This document shows positions 61,239 through 64,000 of a DNA stretch of 64,000 nucleotides, one piece after another. The position numbers and the translations under genes were made by a program. A model generated the notes under the pieces. That model was given only the letters and a program-made list of their open reading frames with translations. It searched no databases and was not told where the DNA came from. How positions within the stretch are numbered: the first letter of the stretch is position 1; each line of letters begins with the position of its first letter. Source of the DNA: a bacterium (GTDB lineage Bacteria; Patescibacteriota; Dojkabacteria; GCA-016699595; JBAXKR01); contig JBAXRR010000001.1 in the NCBI GenBank assembly GCA_037131125.1, forward strand, positions 7,345 through 71,344, written 5' to 3'.

Positions 61239-62951
61239 TTACATTTGTTTTCCTAATGTAATTACTTCTCCTCCAACATTTTTAGCAAAGTAACTATCAT
61301 GGGAGACATATATTACAGCACCTTTATACTCGGCTAACATATTCTCAAGTTCTTCAATTGAAGGAAGATCAAGATGGTTAGTTGGTTCATCTAGGATAAT
61401 GAGATTTGGATTGTTTATCATCATTTTTATGAATTGAATTCTACTTTTTTGTCCTCCTGACAGATTAATATATTTGGTATCCCCATCTATTATTGGATCA
61501 AAAAGATAATTTGAAAGTACTACATTTACTTTCTGTTTGTTTATTGGAATCCTTGCATCTGTGTACAGTTTGAAGATAACATCAGATAGTGTAAGGGAGA
61601 ATATATCTAGCTTATCATCAGGATGGGATTTCAATTCTTGTTCATAAACACCTATTCTAATATTTTTATCAAATTCAACTATTCCATCAAAGTACTTTAT
61701 GCCTGTATTCTCATGAACTAAATCAACTATTCCTAATTTATGAAGATTAATGACGAAGTTTAGAAATGTCGTTTTACCTTGCCCATTTCTTCCTCTGATT
61801 TGAAGTTTCTTTCCACCATCAAGTCTTACATTTAATCCTTTGAATAAAGGATCTGAGTATCCAATAGATAGATTTTTTATCTTGATAAGATCATATATAT
61901 TAATATCTGTTCTTCTATCCATTTCAAAGAGTCGGAATCTAATTTCACGAGATTTAAACTCTGCATACTTCTCTTTCATTTTCTTATCTAAGTTTCCAAC
62001 ACTTTCTTTATCTATCCAAAATTCTGGATCATTAAGATTAGCTCTTGCATCGTCATAGAGTTTCTTGTATTTCATCTCCCTTATCTTTGCAGATGTTCTA
62101 GATCCGTCTGAGTGAGCAGATAGCTTCATTTCTTTAGCAACTATCATCTGTTTTCTATATTGCTCTATTTGTTTCAAATCTACTTCATGCTCATGTACTT
62201 CAGATACGATATTTACAGAATTAATCTTAAGATATTTTTCATAGTTTCCCTTGAAGTCTTTAATTTCATCTGAAGTAAGCTCTAGTATTCTATCTACTTC
62301 ATGCAGAACATCTCTATCATGGGATATGATGAATAAGGCTTTTTTATAATCTCTCATCCAATTTAGAAAATTGGCTTTTGCATAAATGTCTAAGTGATTA
62401 GTTGGTTCGTCAAGTATCGCTAAATCTGCTTTTGCATATTCGACTCTTAATAGTTCTACAAATCTTTTTTGTCCTCCTGAAAGTTTTGATATTGGAGATA
62501 ACATCTGATCAATAGTCATTCCAAGCTTATGGAATTTAATACCTATATCATCGGCCATTTCAGAATATGACAAACTATGCCATTCGTTTATAGAATCTGA
62601 ATATATTTGTATTTCATTAAGATCATGAGTTGGATTAGCTTCATATCCTTTTATCTTTCCTTCCAGTTCCCTATACATAGGAACAGAGTCGAGAATATAG
62701 TCTAATGGTGTTAAACTTTCATTTCCAATGAACTCTTGTTTGGTAACAATAACCTTAATACCCTTTCGAATGTTTAGTTCTCCAACATATTCTTTATCTT
62801 TTCCTTCAATAATTCCTGCTAAAGTAGTTTTACCTATTCCATTTCTACCTATTAAAGCACATTTTTCAAACTCTTCAAGTTGAAAAGAGACGTTTTCAAA
62901 TAGCTTTTTTACCCCTATTTCTTTTTTTATATTCGATAACTGAACTAGCAT
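61239..62951 (-). CDS. ABC-F family ATPase (two NBDs joined by a charged linker; translation-factor type, not a transporter subunit)
   Basis: The two Walker A motifs are GRNGIGKTTL and GRNGQGKTTF. The two signature plus Walker B regions are LSGGQKRFV...ILDEPTNHLD and LSGGQKSRI...ILDEPTNHLD. A ~80-aa Lys/Arg-rich inter-domain linker and the absence of a TMD are typical of EttA/Uup/YbiT-type proteins. Confidence 0.8.
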   Translation of the reverse strand: MLVQLSNIKKEIGVKKLFENVSFQLEEFEKCALIGRNGIGKTTLAGIIEGKDKEYVGELNIRKGIKVIVTKQEFIGNESLTPLDYILDSVPMYRELEGKIKGYEANPTHDLNEIQIYSDSINEWHSLSYSEMADDIGIKFHKLGMTIDQMLSPISKLSGGQKRFVELLRVEYAKADLAILDEPTNHLDIYAKANFLNWMRDYKKALFIISHDRDVLHEVDRILELTSDEIKDFKGNYEKYLKINSVNIVSEVHEHEVDLKQIEQYRKQMIVAKEMKLSAHSDGSRTSAKIREMKYKKLYDDARANLNDPEFWIDKESVGNLDKKMKEKYAEFKSREIRFRLFEMDRRTDINIYDLIKIKNLSIGYSDPLFKGLNVRLDGGKKLQIRGRNGQGKTTFLNFVINLHKLGIVDLVHENTGIKYFDGIVEFDKNIRIGVYEQELKSHPDDKLDIFSLTLSDVIFKLYTDARIPINKQKVNVVLSNYLFDPIIDGDTKYINLSGGQKSRIQFIKMMINNPNLIILDEPTNHLDLPSIEELENMLAEYKGAVIYVSHDSYFAKNVGGEVITLGKQM

Positions 62952-63041
62952 ATATCAATATAGATATGGGAAATTAAGTAGCAGGATATATATTACCATA
63001 TATATGGCTAATACTTCATAGAGGAAATAGCTAAATAAGAC

Positions 63042-63383
63042 TTATAATGAGAATTGTACTGCTGATTCTTGTCTAATAGGACAACCAGTTAATATTCGTT
63101 CTACTGGAGTGCCTTCAAGCTTACATCGTTTGCACATCCAAGTTACAAATAAATATGAAGTTTCTTTCCCAAAAACTTCAGTGTATTCGAGTAAAGTAGC
63201 AGATACTTCTTTAATAACAGGACATTGGCAATAAGCAGTTTGTATATCATCAACAAATGGTGAAACTTCAAAGCAAGTTAATGAATCTCCTTCTGGATGA
63301 ATTGCAGTTACTTTTCCGAAATCTTTTTCCAGTTTTGCAACTTTTATTCTTGTACCGTCAAATTCACTAACAAAACTTTCCAT
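63042..63383 (-). CDS. Cys-rich FmdE/FwdE-like domain protein
   Basis: CFEVSPFVDDIQTAYCQCP parallels the FmdE core VETDGCGVDAIQVLTGCTFG. A C-terminal CKRC...GCP is a zinc-ribbon-like cluster. 113 aa. Confidence 0.35.
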   Translation of the reverse strand: MESFVSEFDGTRIKVAKLEKDFGKVTAIHPEGDSLTCFEVSPFVDDIQTAYCQCPVIKEVSATLLEYTEVFGKETSYLFVTWMCKRCKLEGTPVERILTGCPIRQESAVQFSL

Positions 63384-63447
63384 AATGGGAAGGTAAAATA
63401 TTAATGCCCCAGATTATATTCTTATCCTTAAATTATGCAAAAAATAA

Positions 63448-64000
63448 TTAGAATCCGAAGATGTTTCTTAAGTTTTTAACTATTAAATCGAGAGCGTTAT
63501 CGTTAGGATTTGGAGTAATGGATACCTGATCTACTGATTTATCTTCATTACCTGCTTTATCTGAAGATATAGCTCTTAAGTGGTAGATCTGACTTGCACT
63601 TAAGTTAGAGATTATTACAACATGATCAGTCTTAAGATTATTGTCTTCTGGTGTTTTGTAATTGTATACATCTCCAGTATTCTCTCCATACTCTACTCTT
63701 GAAGAAGCTGGTTCATCTGTTTTCCAACTAACTATTATTTGTGTAGTCTTTTTTCCACTTACAGTATCTGTTACATCAGAAGGAGAAGCTTCCACAGATA
63801 CTTCAGATATGGAAGGTGCTCTTGTATCTGTTGCTGTTGTGAATTTGATTATGTCTGATCTTGCTTCGTTACCTATTCTATCTACTCCTTTTACTACTAG
63901 GTTATATGTAGTATCTGGAAGTAATCCAGTTAGAGTTATCTTGTGTGCTCCTTTTTCAAGATTAATATTTACTGAATCTCTACTTAAGTTAATCTTATTC
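63448..64000 (-). CDS. giant surface protein paralog C, C-terminal end only (gene continues beyond the window)
   Basis: The last 115 aa (..QIIVSWKTDEPASSRVEYGENTGDVYNYKTPEDNNLKTDHVVIISNLSASQIYHLRAISSDKAGN...ALDLIVKNLRNIFGF) align with the C-termini of paralogs A and B. The frame stays open upstream of the track's internal Met to position 64000. Nucleotide similarity to 50590-50900 and 42240-42560 is about 75-80% by eye. Confidence 0.65.
   Translation of the reverse strand, partial: NKINLSRDSVNINLEKGAHKITLTGLLPDTTYNLVVKGVDRIGNEARSDIIKFTTATDTRAPSISEVSVEASPSDVTDTVSGKKTTQIIVSWKTDEPASSRVEYGENTGDVYNYKTPEDNNLKTDHVVIISNLSASQIYHLRAISSDKAGNEDKSVDQVSITPNPNDNALDLIVKNLRNIFGF

Noticed and set aside
61239-62951. 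Reading the 570-aa two-NBD protein as the cognate ATPase of the adjacent FtsX permease
   Set aside because: The two tandem NBDs with an ~80-aa basic linker and no TMD interaction features fit ABC-F translation factors far better than a MacB/LolD-type partner. Any functional link is kept only as a hypothesis.
42006-64000. Diversity-generating retroelement acting on the giants' C-termini
   Set aside because: A DGR needs a reverse transcriptase and a template repeat. No RT-like ORF or near-identical TR/VR pair is visible in the window, and the conserved part of the giants is the C-terminus, which is the opposite of a DGR target.
1-64000. Alternative genetic code (code 25 or code 4, TGA sense)
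   Set aside because: Multi-kb ORFs (8.2 and 8.7 kb giants, clpC, topA) are intact under the standard code and end at normal stops, so there is no need for a reassigned stop.
1-64000. CRISPR array, rRNA, prophage, integrase or transposase
   Set aside because: There are no regularly spaced direct repeats and no recombinase, transposase or phage structural ORFs. The only tRNA (Val-GAC) is not followed by an integrase or a direct-repeat boundary.

Overview
This 64-kb window is very AT-rich (roughly 30% GC) and is from a small-genome bacterium. The gene content and architecture suggest a CPR/Patescibacteria-like or other reduced episymbiont, under the standard genetic code, but that placement is an inference. 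About two thirds of the window is conserved housekeeping. It includes the ATP synthase atpB-atpE-atpF-atpH block, asnB, clpC, topA, a class A PBP and the classic thrS-infC-rpmI-rplT-pheS-pheT operon. It also has clpP, tRNA-Val(GAC), rarA, a mutL-DUF192-nrnA operon, a PAS-GGDEF cyclase and murB. These are interleaved with small accessory genes: two Nudix-fold proteins, a CofE-like protein, two nucleoside-deoxyribosyltransferase-like proteins, an HTH-CYTH fusion, an orphan pilin and three PLDc_N-like mini-proteins. The last ~22 kb (42.0-64.0 kb, all on the minus strand) is the striking part. It holds a tandem array of at least three giant paralogous surface proteins of 2745 aa, 2898 aa and a third that runs off the window. 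Each has an N-terminal signal-anchor, LamG and CBM4_9-like lectin domains and a conserved C-terminal FN3-repeat cassette, and each sits behind a duplicated TTGTAA-N17-TATATT promoter. An ABC-F ATPase, a MacB/FtsX-type permease and an FmdE-like Cys-rich protein are wedged between two of the paralogs. I saw no CRISPR array, rRNA, integrase, transposase or reverse transcriptase. Calls rest on motifs read directly from the supplied translations; no database searches were run.
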